The position numbers were made by a program, and so were the translations under genes. A stretch of 64,000 nucleotides of DNA from an uncultured Chloroflexia bacterium (GTDB taxonomy: Bacteria > Chloroflexota > Limnocylindria > Limnocylindrales > CSP1-4), in contig CAWHXD010000019.1 in NCBI GenBank assembly GCA_963833225.1, positions 374,075-438,074 on the forward strand, in the 5' to 3' direction. This document shows positions 35,105 to 43,410 of the stretch, in pieces (the first letter of the stretch is position 1; each line of letters opens with the position of its first letter). Below the pieces are notes generated by a model. It was given only the letters and a program-made list of their open reading frames with translations, was not told where the DNA came from and ran no database searches.

Positions 35105-36331
35105 ATGCAGACGGCTCGCAGCATGGAGGACCCGGTGCACGCGGGACTGCCCATCGTCAACACCCACGTGCACCTGGCGCCCAACTTCTCGGCGTTCGAG
35201 ACGCCCGAGGACGCTGTCGCGGCGGCGCAGGCAGAGGGCGTCCGGGTATTCGGCGCGTCGAACTTCCACGACCACCGGGTCTATGCGCGCTTCGCGCAGG
35301 CGGCCGAGGGAGCCGGAATCCTGCCGCTGTTCGGGGTCGAGTTCATCACGGTGGTCGAGGACCTGCGCGCCGCGGACATCCGGGTGAACGACCCCGCGAA
35401 CCCAGGGCGCATGTACCTCTGCGGCAAGGGCGTCGACCCGTTCCGGGACCCCGGGCCGGAGGCCGGCCGGATCGCGGACGCGGCTCGCGTCGCGAACGAG
35501 TCGCGCGCGCGAGCGATGGCACGCCTCCTGCGCGATCACTTCGCGGCGGCCGGGCTGGCCACGTCGCTCGACGATCGGGCGATCGTCGCGGACATCGCGG
35601 AACGGGCCCGCGTCCCCGAGGCCTGGGTGGTGCTCCAGGAGCGCCATCTCGCCATGGCGTTCCAGGAGGCCCTGTTCCTGCAGGTCCCTCCGGCCCGTCG
35701 GGCCGACCTGCTGGCCCGCGCGTACGGCCGGGTGCCCGCTGCCCCCGTCGAGGACAATGTCGCGGTGCAGGGTGAGATCCGGTCCCGGTTGCTGAAGGCT
35801 GGCTGCCCGGCATTCGTGCCCGAGACGGCGCTCGGATTCGATGACGCCGTGCGACTGGTCCTGGCCCTCGACGGCATCCCCGCCTACCCGACGCTCGCCG
35901 ACGGCGCGCAACCGGTCTGCCCGTTCGAGGCGTCACCGGACGAGCTGGCGACCGAGCTGAAGGCGCGCGGCCTGCACCTGGCCGAGCTCATCCCCGGGCG
36001 CAACGAGCCAGGGACCGTCGACGCCTACGTGACGGCCTTTCGCGCCGCCGGGATCGCGGTCACCGCGGGAACCGAGCACAACACCCCGGAGCGAATCCCG
36101 TTCGCGCCGGCCGGCAAGGGCGGGCGGCCCCTGTCGCCGGTGGCCCGATCCGCGTTCTTCGAGGGCGCGTGCGTGGTCGTGGCCCATCAGCAGCGGCGCC
36201 AAACGGGGCTCGGCGGGTTCGTCGGCGCCGACGGCATCCCGGCGCCCGGTTTCGCGGACGACGACGCGCGCATCCGCTGGTTCGCGGCACTCGGTGCCCA
36301 GGTGATCGCGGGCGAAGGGGGCGTCGCATGA
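35105..36331 (+). CDS. hypothetical metal-dependent phosphoesterase-like protein (tentatively PHP-domain-like)
   Basis: N-terminal NTHVHLAPNFSAF and C-terminal AGTEHNT resemble PHP-family metal-ligand motifs. The stop overlaps the next gene's ATG (ATGA at 36328-31). The family call is tentative. Confidence 0.45.
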   Translation: MQTARSMEDPVHAGLPIVNTHVHLAPNFSAFETPEDAVAAAQAEGVRVFGASNFHDHRVYARFAQAAEGAGILPLFGVEFITVVEDLRAADIRVNDPANPGRMYLCGKGVDPFRDPGPEAGRIADAARVANESRARAMARLLRDHFAAAGLATSLDDRAIVADIAERARVPEAWVVLQERHLAMAFQEALFLQVPPARRADLLARAYGRVPAAPVEDNVAVQGEIRSRLLKAGCPAFVPETALGFDDAVRLVLALDGIPAYPTLADGAQPVCPFEASPDELATELKARGLHLAELIPGRNEPGTVDAYVTAFRAAGIAVTAGTEHNTPERIPFAPAGKGGRPLSPVARSAFFEGACVVVAHQQRRQTGLGGFVGADGIPAPGFADDDARIRWFAALGAQVIAGEGGVA

Positions 36332-38364
36332 CCACCACGATCGACCCGCCGGCGGCCGACGACCCCGTCATCGGGGAGTTGATCGCGCTCGCCCACCGGT
36401 TCGGGCTGGACCCGGAGTTCTCGCGCGGCGGTGGCGGGAACGCCTCGGCAAAGGCGGATGGCGTGCTGTGGATCAAGCCAAGCGGGGTTCCGCTCGCCAC
36501 GCTCGAGACGGCCGATCTCGTGCCGCTCGATCGTGCGAGCCTGCTCGCGACGCTGGACGCCCCGGTGGCGCCGCGGGCCGACGTCGGCGATCCGGTGATG
36601 CGCGCGGCCGAGCAGGCCCGACTGGGCCCCGCCGGCGGGCGCCGGCCCTCGGTGGAGCTCCTGTTCCACGCGCTGATGCCCGAGCGGTTCGTCCTGCATA
36701 CCCACCCGATCGTGATCAACGCGGTCACCTGCAACGAGGATGGCGAGGCGATCGCCCGCCGCCTGTTCGGCGACGACGTCCTGTGGGTGCCGTACAGGGA
36801 TCCGGGGCTGCCGCTGGCGCACGCCATCCGGGACGCCCGGGACGCCCACGTCCTGCGGACCGGCGGGCCTGTCCCCCGGATCACGCTGATGCAGAATCAC
36901 GGGCTGATCGTCGCGGCCGACTCAGTTGCGGACATCGACGCGGCATCGCGGCGGCTGGTCGAGGTCATCGCGGGTGCCGTCGATCACGCCATCGAGAGGA
37001 CGGCCGCCCCCGCCTTCACGCCGCCACTGCCGGCACCCGCCGACGCGCTGGTCCAGGCGCTTGCGCCAACGCTGCGGGCCCTGCTGTCGCCGGCCTCGCG
37101 GCGGGTCGTGATCTTCGACGGGATCCCGTCCGCCGCGGCGTTCACCGCGACGGCGGCCGGGCGTGCGTTCGTGCAGGGTGGCCCGCTCACGCCCGACCAG
37201 ATCGTGTACGCCGGGGCCCAGCCGCTGTTGCTCGACCTCGACGACGTGCCGCCGGACTCGGCGGCGGACATCGGGGCCGGCGCCCTTGCGCGCCATGCGG
37301 CGGACGGGCTCGACGCCCCGCTCGTCGTGGTGGTGCCCGGCGTCGGGCTGTTCGCGGTCGGTGACACCTGGGCCGCCGCGGACACCGCGCGCCACATCTA
37401 CCTCGATGCCCTGCGGGTGGGCGAGGCCGCCAACCGGATCGGGCGAGTGCGCCACCTGGCACCGGCGGAACGCCAGTTCATCGAGGACTGGGAGGCCGAG
37501 GCATACCGCAAGCAGGTCGCCGCCGGCGACGCGGGCCCAGGTCGCGCGGCCGGCCGGATCGCCCTCGTCACCGGGGCCGCGCAGGGCTTTGGCCTCGCGA
37601 TCGCCGAGGATCTCGTCGCCAACGGCGCCCACGTCGTCCTCGCCGATCTCAACGTCCCGCTCGCGGAGGCCAACGCGGCGGCCCTCGTGGACCGCTTCGG
37701 CCCCGGGCGGGCGATGGCGATCGCGATGGACGTCACCGACGAGGCGAGCGTCGCCGCCGGCATCGCGGCCACGGTGCGAGCGTATGGCGGCCTTGACCTC
37801 CTCGTGTCCAACGCGGGCGTGCTGCGGGCCAGCGGGGTCACGGCCCAGCCGCTGGCCGACTTTGACCTCGTGACCCGGGTCAACTACCGCGGCTACTTCC
37901 TCGCGGTCAAGCACGCCGCCCCGGTCATGGCCGCGCAGCACCGCGCCAACCCCGACTGGTGGGGCGACATCATCGAGATCAACTCCAAGTCCGGCCTCGT
38001 GGGCTCGTCGCGCAACAGCGCCTACGCGGGCTCCAAGTTCGGCGGCATCGGTCTCACCCAGTCGTTCGCCCTCGAGCTGGTCAGCGACGGGATCAAGGTC
38101 AACGCCATCTGCCCTGGCAACTTCCTCGATGGACCGCTGTGGTCGGACCCGGACAACGGCCTGTTCGTGCAGTACCTGCGCGAGGGCAAGGTGCCGGGCG
38201 CGACGACGATCGACGACGTGCGCCGCGCCTACGAGGCCAAGGTCCCGATGGGCCGCGGCTGTACCCCGGCCGACGTGATGGAGGCCCTCTACTATCTCGT
38301 GGCCCAGGAATACGAGACGGGCCAGGCGCTGCCGGTGACCGGTGGCCAGGTGATGCTGAGCTGA
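36328..38364 (+). CDS. rhaEW: bifunctional rhamnulose-1-phosphate aldolase / short-chain (lactaldehyde) dehydrogenase
   Basis: 678 aa. N-terminal class II aldolase domain (GGGGNASAK...IKPSGVPL...HTHP). C-terminal SDR (VTGAAQGFG...NAG...YAGSKFG). Confidence 0.85.
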   Translation: MTTTIDPPAADDPVIGELIALAHRFGLDPEFSRGGGGNASAKADGVLWIKPSGVPLATLETADLVPLDRASLLATLDAPVAPRADVGDPVMRAAEQARLGPAGGRRPSVELLFHALMPERFVLHTHPIVINAVTCNEDGEAIARRLFGDDVLWVPYRDPGLPLAHAIRDARDAHVLRTGGPVPRITLMQNHGLIVAADSVADIDAASRRLVEVIAGAVDHAIERTAAPAFTPPLPAPADALVQALAPTLRALLSPASRRVVIFDGIPSAAAFTATAAGRAFVQGGPLTPDQIVYAGAQPLLLDLDDVPPDSAADIGAGALARHAADGLDAPLVVVVPGVGLFAVGDTWAAADTARHIYLDALRVGEAANRIGRVRHLAPAERQFIEDWEAEAYRKQVAAGDAGPGRAAGRIALVTGAAQGFGLAIAEDLVANGAHVVLADLNVPLAEANAAALVDRFGPGRAMAIAMDVTDEASVAAGIAATVRAYGGLDLLVSNAGVLRASGVTAQPLADFDLVTRVNYRGYFLAVKHAAPVMAAQHRANPDWWGDIIEINSKSGLVGSSRNSAYAGSKFGGIGLTQSFALELVSDGIKVNAICPGNFLDGPLWSDPDNGLFVQYLREGKVPGATTIDDVRRAYEAKVPMGRGCTPADVMEALYYLVAQEYETGQALPVTGGQVMLS

Positions 38365-38387
38365 CCGTGACCCACAGGAGCGCCCAC

Positions 38388-40082
38388 GTGACCGATCTCC
38401 CTCTCACCGAGCACGCCATCCAGTTCACCGGCCCGGGCGAGGTGGTGCACAACGTGGCCAAGCCCGTGCACCGTCCAGGTCCCCACCAGCTCGTGGTGCA
38501 GGTGGAGGCGGTCGGCATCTGCTTCTCCGACACGAAGCTGCTCAAGGCGTTCACCGCGCACCCGCGCAAGAGCGAGGTCCTGAACGGCCTGGCGCCAGAG
38601 ATCCTGGCCCAGATCCCGAGCTACACGCCCGGCGACCTCCCGCTTGTTCCAGGCCACGAGTGTGCCGGGCGGATCGTCGCGATCGGGGATGCGGTGACGT
38701 ACCACCGGGTGGGGGAGCGGGTCCTGGTCCAGACCGACTACCGGCACCTGCCCACGGCCGGCGCGAACGCCGCGTTTGGCTACAACTTCGAGGGCGGGCT
38801 CCAGGAGTACGCGCTCCTCGACGAGCGGATGATCCTCGACCCGGACACTGGCGAGCGGTTCCTCATCCCGGTCGGAGATGATCCCTCCGGATCGGCCGTC
38901 GCCCTGCTCGAGCCCTGGGCCTGCGTGGAGCGGTCCTACGCCTCGGAGGAGCGCGGCACCCTCACCCCGGGCGGTCGCCTGCTGGTCGTGGCCGAGCCGG
39001 GCCGGGTGATCCGGGGCCTGGACACCCTCGTGGCGGCTTCGCGACCGGGCACGGTGTCCGCCATCCTCGCGGATACCGGACAGGCGGGCGCGCTGGAGGC
39101 CGCGCTTGGTGGCGAGCTCCGCGTCCGCCGGGTCGTCGATCTCGCCGCGCTCGCCGGCGAGCGCTTCGACGACATCATCTGCTTCGGTGCCGATGCCGGC
39201 CGGATCGAGACCCTGCAGGACCTGATGGCACCCCGGGCCACCATCGACGTCGTCCTGGATGGCGCGGTGCCGGACCGGCCGGTCGCGGTCGACGTTGGGC
39301 GCATCCACTACGACCTGCTGCGCTGGGTGGGCACGACCGGCGACAGCGCCGCCGATGGGTATGCGTGGGTCCCGGCCACGGGCGAGCTGCGAGCGGGCGA
39401 TCGGGTTGCGATCATCGGCGCGGCGGGGCCGATGGGCTTCATGCACGTGATCCGCGCCCTGACGATCGGGCAGCCCGACGTGTCGGTCGATGCCATCGAC
39501 ATCGATGACGCCAGGCTCGCCCATCTCGCCGAGGTCGCCGCGCCGCTGGCCGCGGCCAGCGGGTTGAAGGCCGCGTTCCTCAACAGCCGCACCAGCCCGC
39601 CGGCCGCGGGCGGGTACGACTACGTGGGCGTGATGGTCCCCGCGCCCGCGCTCGTCCTCGAGGCCCTCGCGGCGGCGGCGCCCGGGGCGATCGTCAACCT
39701 GTTCGCGGGATTTGCCGTGGGGACGCTGGCGAGCGTCGATCTCGGGGATCTCCTCGGCCGGAAGATCTTCGTGTTCGGCACCAGCGGGTCCGTGATCCGC
39801 GACATGGAGGCGGTTCTTGCCCGCCTCGAAGCCGGCCGCCTGGACACCAACGTGTCGGTTGACGCCGTGTCCGGGATGGAGGGTGTCCGCGACGCGCTCG
39901 CTGCCGTCGAGGCGAGGTCGTCGGGCGGCAAGATCGTGGTCTACCCCCAGCTCCATGACCTGGGCATGGTCCGGCTGGGCCAGCTTTCGGACCGGCTGCC
40001 CCAGGTCGCCGCGAAGCTCCGGGACGGCCGCTGGACACGCGAGGCCGAGGAGGCGCTGCTCGCCTCGGCGCCCCGGTCATGA
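38388..40082 (+). CDS. atypically long (564 aa) medium-chain dehydrogenase/reductase-like protein
   Basis: GTG 38388 lies 7 nt after AGGAG. GroES-like ADH_N (VEAVGICFSDTKL...PGHECAGRIVAIGDAV), then about 200 extra residues, then a Rossmann motif (VAIIGAAGPMGFMHV). Confidence 0.7.
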   Translation: MTDLPLTEHAIQFTGPGEVVHNVAKPVHRPGPHQLVVQVEAVGICFSDTKLLKAFTAHPRKSEVLNGLAPEILAQIPSYTPGDLPLVPGHECAGRIVAIGDAVTYHRVGERVLVQTDYRHLPTAGANAAFGYNFEGGLQEYALLDERMILDPDTGERFLIPVGDDPSGSAVALLEPWACVERSYASEERGTLTPGGRLLVVAEPGRVIRGLDTLVAASRPGTVSAILADTGQAGALEAALGGELRVRRVVDLAALAGERFDDIICFGADAGRIETLQDLMAPRATIDVVLDGAVPDRPVAVDVGRIHYDLLRWVGTTGDSAADGYAWVPATGELRAGDRVAIIGAAGPMGFMHVIRALTIGQPDVSVDAIDIDDARLAHLAEVAAPLAAASGLKAAFLNSRTSPPAAGGYDYVGVMVPAPALVLEALAAAAPGAIVNLFAGFAVGTLASVDLGDLLGRKIFVFGTSGSVIRDMEAVLARLEAGRLDTNVSVDAVSGMEGVRDALAAVEARSSGGKIVVYPQLHDLGMVRLGQLSDRLPQVAAKLRDGRWTREAEEALLASAPRS

Positions 40083-41089
40083 AGGTTGCGAGGCTGCACG
40101 GGCCGGGTGACATCCGTCTCGCGTCCGAGCCGGAGCCGCAGCCCGGGCCCGGCGAGGCCCTCGTCCGGGTGACGGCCGTCGGAATCTGCGGCTCGGACCT
40201 GCACTGGTATACCGAGAGCAGCATCGGCGGAGCCGAGCTCACTCGCCCCCTGGTCCTGGGTCACGAGGCGGCCGGCGTCATCGCGTCCGGGCCGAGGGCC
40301 GGCACCCGCGTCGCGATCGATCCCAGCCTGCCGTGCGGGGCGTGCGAAACCTGTGCCCGGGGGCTGGGCCACCTCTGCCCCCACGTCCGGTTCCTGGGCC
40401 ACAGCGACACCGACGGCGCGCTGCGCGAGCAGATCGCCTGGCCCGAGGCGCACCTGGTCCCCATCCCCGACGCGATCGACGACGTTGCCGCGGCCGTCCT
40501 CGAGCCGCTCGGGGTCGCCATCCACGCCATGCGGCTCGCCGGCCTGCGCCCGGGAGGCACCATCGCCATCACCGGTGCCGGACCCATCGGCCAGCTCCTG
40601 ATCCAGCTGGCGTTCGCCGCGGGCGCGTCCGCGGTCGCGGCTACCGACATCCTTGCCCATCGTGTCGAGGCGGCCCGCGCCGCCGGGGCGGTGGCAGAGG
40701 TCGTGGACGGCGGTGCCGAGCGGGAGCGCCTCCTGGCAGCCCTTGGTGGCCGGCCCGTGGACACGGCGATCGAGATCGCGGGCGTGGATGACGCGATCGC
40801 CACTGCTGCTGCCCTCGTGCGCCCCGGCGGCACGGTGGTCATTGCCGGCATCCCCACGGGCAACGAGAGCGTCGTCCCGGCCTCGGTGCTGCGTCGCAAG
40901 GGCATCGACCTCCGGTTCTCTCGCCGGATGAACCGGGTCTACCCGGAAGCGATCGCGCTGGTGACCTCAGGACGCGTTCGCCCCGGCGACGTGGTCACCG
41001 CGACCTACTCGCTCGACGATGCCGACGCCGCGTTCCGGACCGCCGCGCGCCGCGAGGGCGGCAAGGTCGTGGTGCTGCCCAACGCGTAG
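40079..41089 (+). CDS. zinc-type alcohol/polyol dehydrogenase (sorbitol/L-idonate dehydrogenase-like MDR)
   Basis: VTAVGICGSDLHWY, LGHEAAGVI, structural-Zn Cys cluster CGACETCARGLGHLC, ITGAGPIGQL. ATGA overlap with the upstream gene. Confidence 0.88.
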   Translation: MKVARLHGPGDIRLASEPEPQPGPGEALVRVTAVGICGSDLHWYTESSIGGAELTRPLVLGHEAAGVIASGPRAGTRVAIDPSLPCGACETCARGLGHLCPHVRFLGHSDTDGALREQIAWPEAHLVPIPDAIDDVAAAVLEPLGVAIHAMRLAGLRPGGTIAITGAGPIGQLLIQLAFAAGASAVAATDILAHRVEAARAAGAVAEVVDGGAERERLLAALGGRPVDTAIEIAGVDDAIATAAALVRPGGTVVIAGIPTGNESVVPASVLRRKGIDLRFSRRMNRVYPEAIALVTSGRVRPGDVVTATYSLDDADAAFRTAARREGGKVVVLPNA

Positions 41090-41338
41090 CGCGGGCGGTC
41101 AACGCGGGTGCCGCGAGAGGGCGCACGCGGGGTCGCGAGACGGGCGCCCGCCGGCGGGGTGGCCACGACCACCGCGATCCCGGCGCCCACCGCCCAGGTG
41201 GCCAACACCGCCGCGGCATCCGGTCGACGCGGATCACCACCAGCGCCCTGACCGCTCCGCGCCTCCTCCGCCGACCAGTCGCGGTCGTGGCGGGTCCGCG
41301 GTCGTGGCGGTCGTCAAGGCAGTGCTCGCGTTGCACCT

Positions 41339-41512
41339 TGATCAGCAGCCCTGATCAGCGGCGGGTTTCTCCGGACACTGTTGGCCGGACAGGCCGGGAT
41401 CCCTGCCCGGAGATCAGGGTTCCTGATTCTCTTGGCGACTTCCGCGTGTGCTCGGACATCGGCGCCCCGCCGGAACGTCGGGAAGCCGCCGTTGATCATG
41501 GGTCGTGATCAA
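41339..41512. repeat. cluster of TGATCA palindromes, including inverted repeat TTGATCA-N7-TGATCAA (41492-41512)
   Basis: TGATCA occurs at 41339, 41352, 41493 and 41506, plus an imperfect inverted repeat GAGATCAGG/CCTGATTCTC at 41410-41431. All lie in a 770-bp non-coding gap. Confidence 0.6.
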
Positions 41513-41635
41513 GCGGCGCGGAGCAGTGCCGTAGGCAACCCCACCGCGAGGCGAGGGACGGCCCAGGGGCAGGCCTGCCTCCTCGGGCACGAGGGGGCTG
41601 AGCAGGACGTCGTGGTGCCGGCCGCACCACGGACA

Positions 41636-41710
41636 CCGTCCCCTCCTGGGACTCGGACCCCCGTCCCCTCCAGGGACTCGGACGCCCGTCCCTCCCGTGT
41701 CCGGGCCGGC
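41636..41710. repeat. 25-bp tandem repeat, 2 good units plus 1 degenerate (CCGTCCCCTCC[T/A]GGGACTCGGAC[C/G]C)
   Basis: Read directly. Each unit contains a small GTCCC...GGGAC hairpin. Confidence 0.8.
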
Positions 41711-41771
41711 TGCGTGACGGGCGCAGAATCGTCGTGCACAGACCTTGAGGGGTGCGGTACCGTTCGGTGGT

Positions 41772-41783
41772 GTTACCGGTAAC
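41772..41783. promoter_or_regulatory. perfect 12-bp palindrome GTTACCGGTAAC, candidate LacI-family operator
   Basis: Read directly, 76 nt upstream of the LacI-family ATG (41859). It has the central-CG symmetry typical of LacI/GalR operators. Confidence 0.5.
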
Positions 41784-41858
41784 CGACGCCGCTGGCCCGC
41801 TTCCCCTGCCCTCGATCTCCCTGCGGCCCTCCCGATCCGAACCCAGACCTCAGATCCC

Positions 41859-42905
41859 ATGAGCACCATCAGCGACGTTGCCAGGCGAGCCGGCGTGTCC
41901 GCGATGACCGTCTCGCGGGTCGTCAACGGCACCGGCTACACCAGCACGGAGACGCGCGCCCGCGTGGAGGCGGCCATCAAGGAGCTGGGCTACGTGCCCA
42001 ACGCCCTTGCCCGCCAACTGCGGTCGAAGCGCACCAAGACCCTCGCTCTCGTGGTCTCGGACATCTCCAACCCGTTCTTCACCACGATCGCTCGCGGCGT
42101 CGAGGACGTCGCGATGGCCCACGGCTTCTCGGTCATGTACGGCAACACCGACGAGTCCGAGGCCGAGGAGGAGCAGTACCTCCTGATGCTGGTCGAACGC
42201 CAGATCGACGGCATCCTCCTGGTGCCCACCCGGAGCTCCGGCGAGTCGTTCCGGCTCCTGCGCACCCACCACGTGCCGGTCGTCGTCCTGGACCGCCGGA
42301 TCGACGCCGGCGCCGTCGATACCGTGCGCTGCGATTCCGAGGCCGGTGCCCACGCGCTCACGAGGCACCTGCTCGAGCTCGGCCACCGCGACATCGCCGT
42401 GCTGACCGGCCGCGAGACCATCTCGACCTCCGTCGACCGCGTGGCGGGCTGCCGGCGAGCCATGGAGGAGGCCGGGCTCGACCTGCCCGGCGAGCGCGTG
42501 CAGTATGGCGGCTACATGTTCGGGAAGAGCCACCAGGCCGATGGCCACCGGATGGCGCAACGGGTCCTCGACGGCCTGGGCCTGCTGCCCACGGCCATGT
42601 TCTGTGCCAACAACTTCATCGCCTTCGGGGCGATCCGGGCGCTGCGCGAGCGAGGCCTGCGGGTGCCCGACGACATGAGCATCGTCGCCTTCGACGATCT
42701 GCCGGCGGAATGGGTCAGCGAGCCCTTCCTCACCTGTGCGGCCCAGCCCGCCTACGACATCGGGCACTGCGCCGCCGCGCGCCTCCTCGGCCACATCTCC
42801 GGCGAGCAGGTGCCCAGGGGCGAGTCCGTCGTGCTCCCGTACGAGCTGATCATCCGGCGGTCCAGCGGACCGCCGCGAACCATCGACCTGGTCGCCACGG
42901 GCTGA
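41859..42905 (+). CDS. LacI family transcriptional regulator
   Basis: MSTISDVARRAGVSAMTVSRVVNG HTH plus a periplasmic-binding-protein-like sugar domain. Confidence 0.9.
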   Translation: MSTISDVARRAGVSAMTVSRVVNGTGYTSTETRARVEAAIKELGYVPNALARQLRSKRTKTLALVVSDISNPFFTTIARGVEDVAMAHGFSVMYGNTDESEAEEEQYLLMLVERQIDGILLVPTRSSGESFRLLRTHHVPVVVLDRRIDAGAVDTVRCDSEAGAHALTRHLLELGHRDIAVLTGRETISTSVDRVAGCRRAMEEAGLDLPGERVQYGGYMFGKSHQADGHRMAQRVLDGLGLLPTAMFCANNFIAFGAIRALRERGLRVPDDMSIVAFDDLPAEWVSEPFLTCAAQPAYDIGHCAAARLLGHISGEQVPRGESVVLPYELIIRRSSGPPRTIDLVATG

Positions 42906-42938
42906 CCGTGCTCGAACCCATGACGTAAAGGAGGCCCG

Positions 42939-43358
42939 ATGCTCAAGACCCGCCTGCTTCACCCGGAGATCCTCGCCGCGCTCGGCGAGGCCGGCCACGG
43001 CGCCCAGGTGCTGATCGCGGACGGCAACTACCCGCTGGCCACGCGCTCCAACCCCGACGCCTACCGGGTGTTCCTCAATCTCGCGCCCGGCCAGCTCACC
43101 GTCACCGACGTCCTCGACGTCATCGCCGACGCGATCCCCATCGAGGCCGCCTGCGTGATGGGCCCCGACGATGACACGGAGCCGTCGATCTACGCGGACT
43201 TCCGACGGATCCTGCCGGACACGGAGCTCCAGCGGCTGGGCCGCTTCGAGTTCTACGACATGGCCAGGGGCCCGGACACGGCGCTCGCGATCGCCACCGG
43301 CGAGCAGCGCATCTACGCCAACATCCTGCTCACCATCGGGGTGGTGATGCCCGAGTAG
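42939..43358 (+). CDS. fucU: L-fucose mutarotase / RbsD-FucU family
   Basis: [27 protein letters not shown]...ERFEFYDMA...[14 protein letters not shown] is RbsD/FucU family. Lies directly upstream of fucI. Confidence 0.85.
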   Translation: MLKTRLLHPEILAALGEAGHGAQVLIADGNYPLATRSNPDAYRVFLNLAPGQLTVTDVLDVIADAIPIEAACVMGPDDDTEPSIYADFRRILPDTELQRLGRFEFYDMARGPDTALAIATGEQRIYANILLTIGVVMPE

Positions 43359-43410
43359 GGCAGGGCAGGTTTCGTTCACACCGCGTCCCAGGAACAAGAG
43401 GACCACGACC

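Noticed and set aside
35105-36331. PHP-like protein considered as a DNA polymerase III/X-associated PHP exonuclease domain.
   Set aside because: It is a stand-alone 408-aa protein with no polymerase domains. It is translationally coupled to a rhamnose-pathway enzyme and under a DeoR-controlled divergent promoter, so a metabolic phosphoesterase role is more plausible, although still unproven.
41636-41710. The 25-bp tandem repeat considered as a CRISPR array.
   Set aside because: The units are directly adjacent with no spacers, there are only 2-3 copies, and no cas genes are present in the window.
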